64,000 bases of DNA from Paramecium tetraurelia (Eukaryota), in assembly GCA_000165425.1 (NCBI GenBank), contig CT868296.1:186001-250000 (forward strand), written 5' to 3'. How positions within the stretch are numbered: position 1 is the first letter of the stretch; every line of letters starts with the position of its first letter. Of this stretch, positions 10,788 to 25,572 are shown piece after piece. Under the pieces are notes generated by a model. The model did not search any database, was not told the origin of the DNA, and saw nothing but the letters and a program-made list of their open reading frames with translations. Position numbers and translations under genes: made by a program.

Positions 10788-13094
10788 TCAAAGTTTTAAT
10801 GTTTTTGATTTTTCGAGGATCTGACGCATTTGAGTAATAGCAGCTATCAAATCGCTCAATTGTGCTTAGTTTTCTTTAAGCATTCCCTTTAGTAATTGAG
10901 TTTATACTGTTCTTATCTCTGCCACCATTTTGACATCTTCTAGATCCTCTTTTTATTTTAATTTCAAATCCGAAAATTCTAATTGCTTCTGCTTTTCAAG
11001 TTTTACTTTGTTAATATTAATCATCAATTCCTATATTAATAAATTATACTATTCTAATTTCATTTCCAATAATTTGTTTTACTCTTCTAGCACCTTTATT
11101 TGTTAAGCACTAGAAGTCCCACTTTGAGATTTCAAATCTCTAAACTGTTTTGATAGGCGTTAGTTTTCTTTGGTCAGCTCTTCATTCAATTCAGTTAATA
11201 AATCAATTTCATCATTTTTTTATTGTAATAATTCACTTTTACTCTTTTCATCTTTCATTTTCTCTAATTTTTTTTGTAATTATTGGTTTTAGATTTTCAA
11301 ATCTCTTATTTCCTCAATATTATCTTACTATTATAATTACTGTACTTATTTTTAAAGTAATTTTATTTTATTTTCATAACTCTCTTTTAATTCATCAATT
11401 TACATTGTATTAGGTTAATTCTATAATTTCTTCTCTTCAGCTTATTTCTTAAGATTTTTGATTTATTATTCATATTTTAATTTGAATTAAGAGATTTCTT
11501 ACAAATCATTTTCATAATCACTGTCTATAGTTTCTGTTTTTTGTTTAGTTGCATTCCATCTTGTATCATCATCTTTTTGTAATTTCAACTTAGAAATTTC
11601 ATTTTTCAATTATTCAATTTATGATTTCAATTCTGAATTATCAATTCTCATTTCATGTAACTTAATTTTATACATTTCAGAATCATTATTTTATTATTAA
11701 TTTAGAAGTATAGAATTCTCCTTTTGTAATTATTTGACTTTATCTCTTAATTGAATAATCTCCTCATTCAACTTTTTATTTTCTAAATCCCTTTTATCAA
11801 CTTGTTCTTAGAGCTTTTAATTAATTTCACTTACTTTCTACATATCTGGTTTTATCATTGATTGTCGAGCACTCAAATTCAAATTATCCACTTTGATTGA
11901 ATCTGATCTAGTTGTGATATAAACTTTCTTGTAACTTTCAAAATCACAATTTTGAGTTTATTTATAAAGTACACTTAATTGATTAGTTCTAAGTGATCTA
12001 AGCATGAATAATTCTGTTTCTTCATGGTTGAATTTGTTCTTCTACATTTCCTGATTAGATAATTGACATAAAACAGCCATCTGAGCCAGTAAATCCATAT
12101 ATCCATTTGAACCAGACATTAATACAGAACTTATTATGAAAAAGGTCGTTTCAAATAAAAAGAGATTAATGCTAAATGTAACTAAGTACTATCTGAGCTT
12201 CTATGAGAGGAAACTCTTAATCACGCTCATGTCATTTAAATCTACTTGAAGAGCGTCCTTTAAAACACCAACTACAATGGAGTTTTCATTAGCTAAATCA
12301 TATTTAGTGTTAGCCTTTGGGTACAATTGCGATGGGAGTATATGGGCATATATTGCAGTTAGGAGTATATAAGCAGAAGCTTCAGATGCAAAGCAAAGGA
12401 GAAAATAGGTAATGAGTACTATTTCATGCGAATATCCAATTTGAGGATACAATAGTAGAAGTGTGCCAGCAACTCTCAAAATGGAAGTTTTGACTACTTC
12501 TTTTTGACGAAATGATTCCACATTTTTTAGAGCAGCTACCATAAAGTCTTTGATGGAATAGTTTACAAATCCATCGATATCATTTATCACTACTTCTAAC
12601 TTTGCTTTGAAGATATCATAAGCATTAGTATCTTTGGATAACTTTGCATCATCTAATGCATTGAAGAAATCCTAAAATTTAATTCACTCAATTATTACAT
12701 TTTTGGCTTTTGTAGTATCAGTTCCAAATGATTATAACCATTATTGTGAAAATGAATCTTTGTTAAAACTTATTTTGTATTGTTCCAAGAATCTCTTAAG
12801 TGAATCACTTTCCTAATTATTGAAATTGAGATGCTTACGTCTTTACAAAAGTTACATAGACGATGAGTTTTCTTAGACAGACCATCTGCCTTCTAGACTT
12901 AAGCTTTGTTTGGAGCACATTTATCACATACAGCTCTTTTACATCTGCCAATTAAGTATATATTAATACCTCTTACATTAATGTTCTTTAACTGACATAG
13001 TGAACTTTGCTCCACACAATTAGCAGTTCTTCAACTTCCCCCTATCGTCTTTGATGGTAATTCCGTATATAAATATGGGTTATGATTTGCTCAT
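10788..13094 (-). CDS. FYVE-like zinc finger + degenerate Rab-GAP TBC-like domain + C-terminal coiled coil
   Basis: CQLCGAKF..KEHQCKRCKRAVCDKCA..HRLCNFC (FYVE spacing); ILRVAGTLLLLYPQIGYSHEIVLITYFLLCFASEASAYILL (TBC-like core); long Q/E/K coiled coil. Confidence 0.75.
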
Positions 13095-13479
13095 TAAGAC
13101 TATTATTACTATATATATAGTAGAAATAAAAATAATAATCAATTTTGGGTATCAGTTATTTATCTTTGCTTAAGACCTTCACAGTTCTTCAAATTAGTAA
13201 TTATTTATATATTTTTCGCAATTTAAATTCGCTTATAATATAAATTGAGTTTGACAAATTTTCATTTTTACGAAGATGAATTTTTTCATGAACTTATATC
13301 TCATTGTCTCTTCCAAATTAAATATAAAACACATATACGGTGTCTTCCTTTAATATTATTTTGATTCTGTATGATTTTTAAATTGTTTTAATCAAAATTT
13401 TACAATTTTGTTAATTCAATTGTTTTTCTTTGATTTTATTTTTACTTTGCAAAATAATTTAAAGGTTAATTATTTTAAG

Positions 13480-14500
13480 GATCATGCTTGGACATAGCAA
13501 GTGAAGAATAATGGGAAGCGTCAATAAGGTGTGTCTTCAGACAAGGATAGAAAGAAAAAATTATGAAATTAAAAAATTTCAATCAACTTACAGGTTTATG
13601 TAAATATCTATTTCTATTAAATTTAAGCAAAAAATTCAAGGTACATAGAAGATTTTGACTTTTGCATTTATCTGAATATCATGGAATAAAGAATATTTTA
13701 GAGAAAGCCATTCTAAATAAAGCAAATGCAGATCTGAAGAGTAACTTTAAATAAAAATAGAAAAGTTACGAAAAGATGTTAAAGGAGATTATTTGGAGTA
13801 ACGATAATAGTTATGATTATGAAGCTTAATGAGGTTTTGATCAAATTTAAATTGACAGGCTTTAAGATATATCAATTCAACTTAGCCTCATTAATTTTGT
13901 AATTCATAGCTAATTTTTAATCAATTTTTAATGAATTATTATTATTATTCTATTTAGTATAAAAATAACTCAATCAATCAGTAATGAACTATGCAACTAT
14001 TTTTTCCAATCTTTTAAATTAGTTTCTTGGTTCTGTCATTTACCAATTAAGACTAGAAATATTTCTTAAATTTATAAAGAACTCTGAAATATTGAGGCGA
14101 AATGAAAATTAATTTTACGTCGATGTGAATTATTACATTAGCTGGTCATACAGATTGGGTATAAGTGAAATAGATAATCAAAATTGATAGCAAGAATTTG
14201 TAATTTGTTTATGATATTATTCTTAGATCTAATTAATTAAAATTATATTGATAAAAAATGGTTGAGTTAGTTTGTATATTTTGGAATAAGGAGTCTAAAG
14301 GAGGTAATAAAGTCTAAAAATTCATTAGATAAGCATTGAGGAAATAATTTTTGAAAGTAGTTTTGCATAATTTTATAAGTGTTGAAATATAACTTTTATT
14401 TCTGTGTTGGAATTGAAGGACAAATATAGAGTATGTGTGGGGGTAGGTAAGTTATCCTATTGAGAAAATTTGGAAAATCTTAAAATCAAAAATTTACAAA
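13480..14500 (+). pseudogene. Possible decayed WD40-family gene remnant
   Basis: Broken frames in an unusually long (1.6 kb) intergenic gap; contains tta gct ggt cat aca gat tgg gta (LAGHTDWV) near 14138-14161. Confidence 0.25.
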
Positions 14501-14708
14501 AAAACAACCTAAGTATGAATTTTTAATTGATCTTGCAAACACTAAACTATTTAAAAAATAATAATAAACTTCTAATTGATATGTTAGTTGAAAACATATC
14601 AAAGAGATAAAAATAGTTTTGAATAAATTTATTTCTATAATGTAATTGATCTTTATGAAAAATTTATTATTATATTGAATTCAACTATATTTTTAAAGTA
14701 TAGTATTA

Positions 14709-17700
14709 ATGATTAAATAAACCTTAAAATATGGTTAGGTAGTCAGAATCCACTTAAATAGTAAAGATGAAAATGGCATAATCGTAGCTAAAGGGTATTT
14801 ACGCTCTAATTTTATATAGATTCCTTGACCCCAATGCTTATTACATGTAAATTGATGATCTCAGAAAAGCAAATAATTTTAGAGATTCTCTATTTACTAT
14901 TCTGCCAAGAGGCACTTTTGAGTTGCACGATGAATATTTGAAAGAAAAAAAAAATTAAACTGTAGATGCCTTGAAAAGTAGAGTCTCAACAGAAGCCTCC
15001 CAATATTACACTATAATTTAATCAAGAATGCACGAAGAAATCTTACTAGGAGCAGAAGTAGTCTTTAAGCATGTGGACTCTTAGCGTTATTTATTTGGCT
15101 CATATGATTGTTCTGAAGTTGCTATGGATGCTTTTAAATTGAAATTGTCTCCATAATTAAGTTCTCATACTATTTTTAAATTGGCTCCTTATTAAACATA
15201 TCAGAAGGAAGGTCAAATCATACAAATAGATGAGCCTTTAATTATTGTTCATGAGAAAACCCAATGTAAATTGGATTACGAGAAATGTCGAATGTTTTTG
15301 GATTTGCAGATGAGCAATGGCTTAAATTATAAGGCTTCTCAAACTGAGTCATTTAATAAAACATTCAAATAACCAATTAACACCAGAGATGAAGCTGTGG
15401 TCTCCCTTAATAGTGATAGATAATGGAAATTTTAATTACATGAACAAAATGGGAAGATTATCCCAAATGACCTATGTTTCTTCATTTTCTCGTAGGATGG
15501 ATCATACTTGACTTCTGATGGTCGAAGGTTATTACTACAAGAGTACAAGGATAATGAATACATTCCTCTTGATTGTGTATGGGAATTATAATTATATGAA
15601 AACAAGTACGTAATCAGATCTCAAATTTCAGGTTTTGTTATCAATTCAAATTCATAACTTTCACAATATGAAATGTTGGATGATTAACATTTGTAAATAG
15701 AGCCTGCTAAACTTGGCACCAATGAGGTTTCTTTCAATATGTTTGTGAAAATTAAATTTGACAATAAAGAGTTACAAAAATCAAATGTTCAAAGATGTAA
15801 AACCAAAAAGCTTACCATTACTCAATTGGAAATTGAAAAATATTAAAAATTACTTGGTCAAGAAGATTTAGATTATGTTTAATATAATGTTTAATTCTTA
15901 CCCACCAATTCTGTTCATGGATTTCAAATTAAAAGACTTAATGAAGATTTAAAAAAAGATCTGCTCTTAATCACATCATCTCATGAAATTCTAAAATAAT
16001 TCATAAACTCATTATAATTGGAAGACAAGTTATAAATTGAATCTATTATAAATGAGAAGATTCTAACTTAGGTTCTTAAAGTCATTTAAAAATTGATTGC
16101 TTACCTCTTGAACTGTGAGTACATGAATATTGATAAATGCGAGAACTTACCTATCCATTCTAGATAATTATTCATGAAAGACTTAAGGATGGTTGAAATT
16201 ATTATACAAATAATCTTCTATTTTTGGGAAAAACATAAAACTATGAGTTTATTCTTACATAAGAATTATGAAAAAGATAAATTAAGACAGATATGTATAT
16301 ACTCCTACGTCCTGATTGAAAAGATGGCCAGGAACAATTCCTCAGTTAAATTATATATTTCACAATGGCTCGAGTTTTTCTTAAAGCAAGCCATTGATAT
16401 TGATGATGAACAAATTCAAATTTCATTGGCTGAACTATTAAATGATAACTATTATTCGATTAACAAATTTGTCTAAGAAGCAACCTTCCAAAACTTGGTC
16501 AAAAATATAAGTGAAAAGAAAAATGTTCATGAAAAACATCTAAGAATTTTTAGTTCTATTATCATTTGCGATGGAAAACCTATCATAAAGAATTAAATTG
16601 AATTGCTAAACAAATTCTTTAAGCCTTAGAGCTCTGATTAAAATTTTTACATCTTTAAATTCTTGTTTAAGGAGGAGGACCAAAAAATCAAAGTTCAACA
16701 TTTAAACAAATAATGGTTCACCTTAAAGGAATTCCATGATTATAGTCAAATGTAGGATGACTTACAGACCTGGAACTATTTCCTAGCTTATATAAACTTA
16801 TTGTCAGATATTTGTTAGAACAGGAACAAACAAGGGACCAATTATGTTCATTAGTTTTACGAATTATCAGTCTTATCTACAATCCTGTAAGATCCAGAAA
16901 CAGAATAAATCAACGCTATAGACCCATTTCTAAAGTTAATTCATTCTGCATTTATTGATTCTTCATTGTTTGCCCCAATTAGACGAATTGCTAGAGTTAG
17001 AGAATGGGCTAAAATTAAAGATAAGACAGACATAATTAAGACTAAAACGAAAGTGAACAAGGATTAAAAAAGAGTTCTCGAGTTTATCTAGGACTATATT
17101 ACAAAAAAATTCAACCAAAATGGGAAGGAGAAACAGTACTTTAAAACTTTGTATACTGTCCTCTATGTTCTAAAAACTACTATTCGTTTGGGATATTGGG
17201 AGAAAATAGATGACTTAAAAAATCTATTAGAACCCTTATTTAATATTATTACATTTAAATAAAACCAATCAGAATAAATAGATTAATCGTAAAATAGCAA
17301 TCATTAAAATTAAATTTCAAAGATCATAAAATCGCAAAATAATTTCTAATCTCAGAAAAAAAGATTTATTGAAATAAACACAGAAAATATGATTATGTTA
17401 AAATGTAAATAAATATCATGTGAGATATTGGATATAATCGTTGACATGGAAACTAATGTTAGAGTTAGTATAAGTACCATCAACCTAAAAGACTTCTTTG
17501 AAAAAGAAGATAATAAGAAGAATGAATCTAAACGATAATTAAATGAGGTCGAAAATGAAGTATAAATGAAAAATAGCATCAGACGATTGAGTGTTTAAGA
17601 AAGCTAGGAGAAGGTGGTTGAAGAATGGAAAGGCAAATTTTCTAAATTAATTAAAGAAAGGGATCTTTTTGGAAAATTCTCTAAGGACATTATTTCTAAA

Positions 17701-20700
17701 TTTGCAGAATTATCCAAATATGATAATGAAATACTGTAAACTTATTCAATCAAATTGTTAAAGAGAATTTATGGATATAGGAAAGAACTCATAGAAAACT
17801 TTGATAAAACTATTATTGTGAATGCCGGTTTCACTCATAAACTTTCAGAGGATAGTAGAAAGACAAGAACCAAACTGCTTTCTTTTAATGATTTCAATAT
17901 ACTTAATCTTAATCTCAAAAACTAAAGCGAGTATAATATTTACTTATGGGTTGACAAGAAGGATACAAAAGAGAGAGGGACTGGAGTGATATAGGATTTA
18001 TGTTGGCTTATTGAATGCTTAAAATCAGGAGATTAAGTACTCTAAGAAAATGTCAAAGTTAACTATGATGATTTCTATGCTGAGAATAGATTGTAATAAG
18101 TATATACTGAAAAAGAACAAAACTTCAAATTACATTAAAGTTTGATTAAGTGTTAAGACTTACATGAGAATATTTTGGTGTTTATAAATATTGCTACTAA
18201 AATGATTAATGAGGTTTAAGAAGTTTCAGATAAATAGGAAAATGAAAGTAATAAATTAATCCAAAAAGATTAATAAAATACTTCTGATGATAAATTGATC
18301 ATGAAAACTCTATACGTCTGTTTTTAATTCCTTACTATGTTACTTTGGAATCATCATGAAAACAAATAAGATTCAGATTTTATAAAAATCATTCCAAATT
18401 TATTTTAATACATAAAATACAATCTTTTTTGCATTTAATTTCTTAGAGAACTATTTCAAAATAATAAATCATTATTATTCAATGAGTCTAAAATATCCCA
18501 GATTATTAATGAAGTTGTCAAATAATGCAATGCTTTAAATTTTGATTAGTATTATAAAGCTTAATTAATTGATTTCCTGAGAATATTAACCATTTATAAT
18601 AATAAATCCATTAAAATCAATTAGAATCTAATAATGGCAGCTTTGTAAAACAGAAATTTTTAAAGAATCATGATTTTATTTGATAACAAAGATTCTATAT
18701 TTGACGAAATTGAGAAATTAATTGCTGATTATCAAATTTAATATTTTAAGGTCTTAAAAAATAGTAACAATAAGGATGATAATAAGTTTATTAACATCAA
18801 TCCAAAATTGACATATCTTTTTAATTACTTCTAATTACTAGTACTCCTAATATCAAATAAGAATGAAATCAATCTAGGAAAATGCAAACAAATGCATTCA
18901 CACTTAAAATTGATAAGACTCTATTAACGAACAGGTTAATGCTGGCCCTTAAAGAGATACTTAAGAGCATACATAAATAGACTATATTATGAGCATAACA
19001 AAGATTTCATTGGGATATGTCAAAATCTAATTGAAATTGATTTAGAGAACATATTGAATGACCTTAAAGATATTCTTGAATTAAGGGAATCTGGATGCGA
19101 TTATCAAAAAATAAAATTGAGTAACCCAACCAGATTCTCATACTTATGTTCGTATTTTTATATGACATTGGAAGAAAACTTGGTATCTTTGAATTTTATA
19201 TTTGATCAATTATCCTTTTTTGATGAATTAGAAGACACTTTGAAATTAAATTAAAAAAAATCAGAGCCTTAATTAAAATAACATTCAGTATTACTGGAAT
19301 TCGGTAATATTCTATTAAAAATTGAGCAATTATGGTCTGAATCGGAACTAATTACAAATTTAGTCAAAGTACTTATGGTTGTATTTTGCAATATTTACAA
19401 AACCTTTGATTTACACACATTAATCTTAAGAGACGTATTATCTAATCCAAAACCATTTCATAATGCAATAATAGAGACAACCTGTATTCATAAGAAGTAT
19501 ATAAATGGAAAAGAATAATTTGTCTAATAAGAATTGAGGAAGTAAACACCTCATATTAACCAATCTACCATGTTGTCTCAGAAATATCAAGAATTGCAAT
19601 AGAAATGGTTTGAATTATATGGTAATAGATTGGAGCCAAATAATGCAGAGTATAATGATTAATTGAAGGACATATTATTAAATGAAGTTTATGACTTTGC
19701 CAATATCGATAATTAGATAAGAGTTTTGAAACAAAAGAATTAATGGGAGGTGGAGAAGAAAAAGAAAAAAATAAGGAGAGTTTATGAAAAGGAAACTAAA
19801 ATCAATATGGATCTAAATAAAAGATATAGAAATTTAATGGAGCTCTTTTTGACAGATAAAACAATTAATGTTTATTTGGAAGAAGAATTTAATTCATTTT
19901 GTACTGATTTAGATTAAATAAAATATTCAGATAAGTTGGCACTTCAACCACCTATTACATTGAAGGAGTTTATTTAGAATATTATTCATTTAAATCTAAA
20001 CCACTATGACACTTTAAGCTAAGATATTCAAATATTCTTTCTTAAGGCGCTTGAAAAGATTATTAGGAAAAGTGAAAATGAAAGTAATCCAGAATTATAG
20101 AATAAAATGGTCAAACAACAATAAAACTTCTTATTAGAATGTGGTGCTGCTGAATTGATTTGTAAATTTCTTCGCATTCCTAATCTTGAATTGAGATAGG
20201 GATTAACAAATTCATTAATATCTTTTGGAAATGCTTTTCTAGAAAGGGGTAACAGGAAATGTTAGAATGAAATCTATTAAAAACTTTTGAGTGATTCTAA
20301 AAACAAGATTTTAATTAATTACAGATAATTAATTAGAAGAGTGAGTAGAGCTGTTTACAATAATTTTAAATTTAGAAAAAACAAACCCCATTCAAGTTTT
20401 CCAAATATTGAATTATGTGATAATTTTGATTTTTATGATGAACTTACTTAAACAACTTCGAGATTAAATCATATGGAAAAAGATGATGCAAGAGAAGAGT
20501 ATATCAAGGAAGAATTCATCAATTTATTGAATAGATCTTTTAGATTTCTGTAATTATTATGTGAAAACAACAATGTTTAGATGAAGAATTTTATAAGACA
20601 GTAAATAGATCCTGATCTCAATCCAAAAATAGGCTCAATAAATTTCATAGAACTAGCAACATCGCAATTGAGAGTATTCTGTAAAGCATTCAATTCAAAA

Positions 20701-22887
20701 ATAAGCGAAGTACCAATTTATATTTTGGATTTCATCTTAGAAGTAGTTCAAGTCCCTTGTCTAGAAAATTAAATTACTTTATGTAAGACAACATTTTTTG
20801 AAGATGTTTGTTATTTGGTTTAATAGTTAAGTATAAGATAAAATTAAGAATAGAGAGGATTGCTATCAAAGCCAGAGGGTATGTAAGCCTTATTTAATAT
20901 TTATAATAAAATCATCATAATCATAATGAGTGTTTTGGAAGGAAATGATGATAGAATTTAGGAAGATTTATAGAAAAAAATTGACCCAAAATTTCTAATT
21001 GAAATTGTCAGACAATATCTTCAAAATCACAATCCAAAGATACAAAGCAAGGAAGATATGGAAAAAGCACTAGAAGAATAATCATTATAAAAATATGACA
21101 TAAAATTGGACAAAAACAATGAATAAGATTAACAAATTTAAAAGAAAAATGACAACATAGAAAAAATACTAAATGTTTTGATTATAAAAGAAAAAATTAA
21201 ATTTCAGAATTTTTAATTAGATGAAAGTAGTAATTACATTAAAGAAATTATGAAGTTTTTAGAAACCAAAATCTTAAGAATAGAAATCATTTATGAAAAC
21301 AAACCTTAAACAATTTTGTATCCATCTCGACCATTATTCACATTTTTATCAGATGAAACTAGAGATATCATTATGTATAATGTGAATAGAGAAACATAAA
21401 GAGATAAAATAAACGGATTGTTAGAATACAGGAATCAAATTTATCGAGAGCTTTAATATAATTACGAATTAAGCAAAAGAGAATTCTTACCCATAACTTC
21501 ATAATATATTCAAGTATTAAGACATCTTTCAGCTTTTTTCTCTATTTCAGTAAACATATTAATGATATTATTTTATAATATGGAAATCTATAATTTTTAA
21601 GTTCTACTGAAGGCAGAATTTTATGAATAGTTAATCATTAATGTACTTTCATTTTGTTAGCTATTTACTACATTAGTTTATTACATTTGCTATCTGAATT
21701 ATCGAATACCTATTTGTATCGATAAGTATCGACCTATTGGTTAAGATGTATCTTCTGATGACTCAGATAGTGAACTTAACCAAGAAGAATCAGATGTTAC
21801 AGATAATGAATAAAGTGGAGGATTAAATGAAATTAAAGAATAAATCAAATAATCTGAATAGAATCAAAAAAAGAATGAATCTAAAATTTAATTATTATCT
21901 CACATTCTAAGTTATATCTTAGATTCTGCAAAGAAAATTAGTCAATAGAATGAGGATTTTATATAAATAACATTCTACTTAGTGTTTTCGATACTTGGAA
22001 CATTTTACAAGAGTTATTTTTTCTCTTTACATTTGTTTGACTTATTTAGTAGATTAACTTTATTGAATAATGTGTTTTAAGCTATCTCTCATAATGCTAA
22101 GTAATTAATTGTTGTCTCGTTATTGGGAGTTTTGTTTATTTACGTTTTTTCATTTACATCCTTTGATTAGTATGCAGATGATATTTACACTGAAAAATAA
22201 CCAGAAGAACATTGTGAAACTTTGATTTCTTGTATGATAACTCTAGTTACAAGTGGAGTTATTGGAACTTCTATGTCCAAATGGGATTTTGTAAAATTTT
22301 GTTATGATACTTTGTATTTTGTATTTTTTGCATTGCTTTTCACAAATATTGTCTCTGGTATTATGATTGATACTTTTGCAGAATTGAGAGATCAAAGATA
22401 AAAGATTGACGATGATAAAAAGAATTGTTGCTTCATTTGTGGTGTTAAGAGAGCTCATTTAGAAAAGAATCTTGAATAATTTGAATAACATGTTAAAGAT
22501 AAACATTTCTTGTGGAATTATATCTATTATATATATTGCTTAAAATTAAAAGAAACTACTGATTACACTGGTTTGGAATATGCGATTAGTGAAATGATCA
22601 GGAGGGATAATATATCATGGTAAATCTATTTTTTTGATTCTAGGTTCCCGATACAATTTGAGCAAGAAGCTAATTAAGATAAGGAAATAGATGTCAGAAT
22701 TGCTTAACTTGAAGGAGAAATGAGAGAGAAAAATGATAGAATTGCTCAGTTAGAATTAGAAGTCAAAAATAAATTAAGTAATATTAATAATATACTGACA
22801 TCATAATTAGAAAAAGACATACCTTCTAAATTGGAAAACTTAAATTAATTAATTATGTAAATGTAATCATCAAAAAAAAGTAATTGA
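14709..22887 (+). CDS. Inositol 1,4,5-trisphosphate receptor-like Ca2+-release channel (Paramecium CRC family), ~2709 aa
   Basis: N-terminus LKYGQVVRI..NFRDSLFTILP; RIH-associated RFLQLLCENNNVQMKNFIRQQ and EVVQVPCLENQ; C-terminus GIMIDTFAELRD..CFICG..HFLWNYIYY..TDYTGLE..SWFP. Introns 14795-14819 and 22620-22643. Confidence 0.95.
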
Positions 22888-22919
22888 ATTTATCTATATT
22901 AAATTTAATATTTTGATAT

Positions 22920-23339
22920 ATGAACAAAATGTCTTGTTTACCAATATTAAAAAAGGTATCCATGAATCACAATCATACCCATTTGGAATCTGAAACTTCT
23001 GATGTTGAAAGAACCACCAGTTTCGAATCAAGTTAATTAGGCAGAATGATTGAAATTACATCATTTCGGAGAATTTCCACATCATCAAAAGGAGATAATA
23101 ATTAAAGTCCTAGACAATAAAGGAAAAATTCCTTTGTCACTTTCGAATCTAATAATATTACAATTTCTGTTAGCCAAATCAAATCTATAAATGAGTAATA
23201 AATTAATTATATAATTAGTCCTTCATTGTATGTAAAAATGAATGATTTATAAAATAGAATTTGGAAAGCATTGACTAAATTCACAAATGCATAATTAGTA
23301 CAACTCCTTTATTATTTAGGAATCAGTTTTTTTGATTGA
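22920..23339 (+). CDS. Small Ser-rich hypothetical protein
   Basis: Open table-6 frame MNKMSCLPILKKVSMNH...RKNSFVTFESN...; the 3' end is uncertain. Confidence 0.45.
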
Positions 23340-24199
23340 CATCATAGTCTTGCATAATTATACTGAATTTGAATTTAAGTTTGACCTTTCTCAATTGTCT
23401 TGCTTTATGACAATTAAAGAATTAAGAGAATAAATACATGTTATTTTTTATTAATAAAAGAACTAAAGTAGACAATTTAATTTAACATTGTAGAAATAAA
23501 AGACCCTTAATTATATATTTTGATTGGAGTTATCAAAACATAAAAGTTAGATAGCGATATAAGATTGTTTGAATTACTAAACATTTTACTAAATGGGAAA
23601 AAAACATTGATTTTGTAAACCTCTTGTTAAAATTTTTGAAAGTATTTTTTATTTTTTTAAAAGTCTATAAATTTTGTTATCTTTACTCTTTAAGATTCAT
23701 TATTATTTAATCTTAGTTTTTAGATATCAACAATAGTTCATTTTATTATTTGAATAAAAATATTTATTTAAGTTTGAGTCTCTATAAAAGTAAATTCACA
23801 TATTTCAGATCTCTATTTAATGAATATGGACATTAGTTCGAATGAATTGATTGAATATTGATATTTTAGTATTAATGAGATTTAGAATAATAACTTCAAA
23901 TTATTATCCTTAATTTCTGAATATACTTCGATTCTTAGTCTCCAAATAAGCAAAATAAATACACTAAATCTCTATTGAACTTGGTTTCACTGAATATTTT
24001 TAATTATGATTAATCTACGATGGTTCTTATCACTTTTCTTTATAAATAGATTGAATCTACAAATGATTTCTTTATTGCTTTTTACGTTTAAACATTATTT
24101 AGTTATTATAAACATTAGAAATTATAGTTTTAATTCACTTTCTATAGAAATTTGGTAAATTTATTTTTTTTAATAAATTACAAGTTTATAAAAAAAATT

Positions 24200-24680
24200 A
24201 ATGAAAAAGTGCAGTCTAGCTTTATAAACATCGATGCTTTTTGATGAATAAGAAGGTTATTTTTGAATTAAAATTAGACTTCTAAGATCACGATGGCGAT
24301 GGACTAGGTCCGTGGTTCAAGATGAAAGAAAAAAAATAATTGGTTGCGCCTTTGTAGCCCATACGAATCCCTTAAGTTAGAATAAAAAGCTAATAATTAC
24401 AAAAACGAGTCCTCTAAATAAAAACAGAAAGATATCACACTGAAAGGACTCTACATGTGAATGAGGATCCAATTCGGATAAATAACATAAAATAAAATTA
24501 AGAATACACTGATTCTTCTTCGCCAGTAGAATAAATCATCAAGAAACATTTTTCTAATAAATAGTCTGTATTTTTCCCTAAAAGTTAACAGAGTTCATTT
24601 TTGTAAAAGTCGGATAGATCAAATCGATAAATAAGGGTAAAGAAACTCAAAATTTGTAATTCTGATATACCATTGATCAA
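24200..24680 (+). pseudogene. Possible decayed gene fragment
   Basis: GC-richer island in a 1.8-kb gap with a long open frame (HDGDGLGPWFKMKEKKQLVAPLQPIRIP...) but in-frame TGAs at its 5' end. Confidence 0.25.
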
Positions 24681-25162
24681 TAAATATAATTATTTTTCAA
24701 GATTGCTGTGAAATCTCAAATAACAAAATCTCAACCAAGTGTCAACCTGAGTTAATAACCTTTATCAATATATTATTCTAAAATTTAATATTTAAAGTTT
24801 CGAAAACATATGTATAATACTGAAAAAAAATTGATTAAAATTACCCATCTTACTGAAGCTTAAAAGAATAAAGATTTAATTCAAATGGATGACTACTACA
24901 TAGTAAACCATAAAATTTATTATGAATAATAAATCAATTGAATGACTTAAATAATTAATCATTCAATTAAATAAGAATTTTATCGAAACACTGATCTGAT
25001 ATCGAATGTATATTTATAATATCATATGATAACGCAGGTAATGCTGAAAACTTTAAGTTTATTCTTTAAATATACAAATAAAAAAGATAAATATTAGAAT
25101 TAAAATCAATAAAATCTTGAATATTTTTACTATTATTTATTTAACATAATATACTAAAGGTA

Positions 25163-25541
25163 TCATTTTCCTTTTTTAGATTAGGCAACCTTTTTTGGTG
25201 CCTATCCAACTTCTACTTCAATCCAACCTTCATCATCATCATCGTTTTGATTATTTTGTGGTTAAATTTATTGTTGTGTTTATGTAGGCTGTTATTATTA
25301 TTATTATACAGGCTCAGGTTTTTTTTATTTTTATGGCGGTTGTTTTTTGGCTGATCCAGATGATATCGTGACGGAATCTGTTTTGATTTCCACAGCAAAT
25401 CCAGGAATATTTGAATTCTTTTATTAAATTTTTTTATTAACAGGCTTTTTTTTATCTTTATTTGAAGCACCGACAGTATGCCATCCATCTTCATCCTCAT
25501 CATCATCTTCTTACTATTACTACTACTACTACTACTACTAC

Positions 25542-25572
<31 letters not shown>

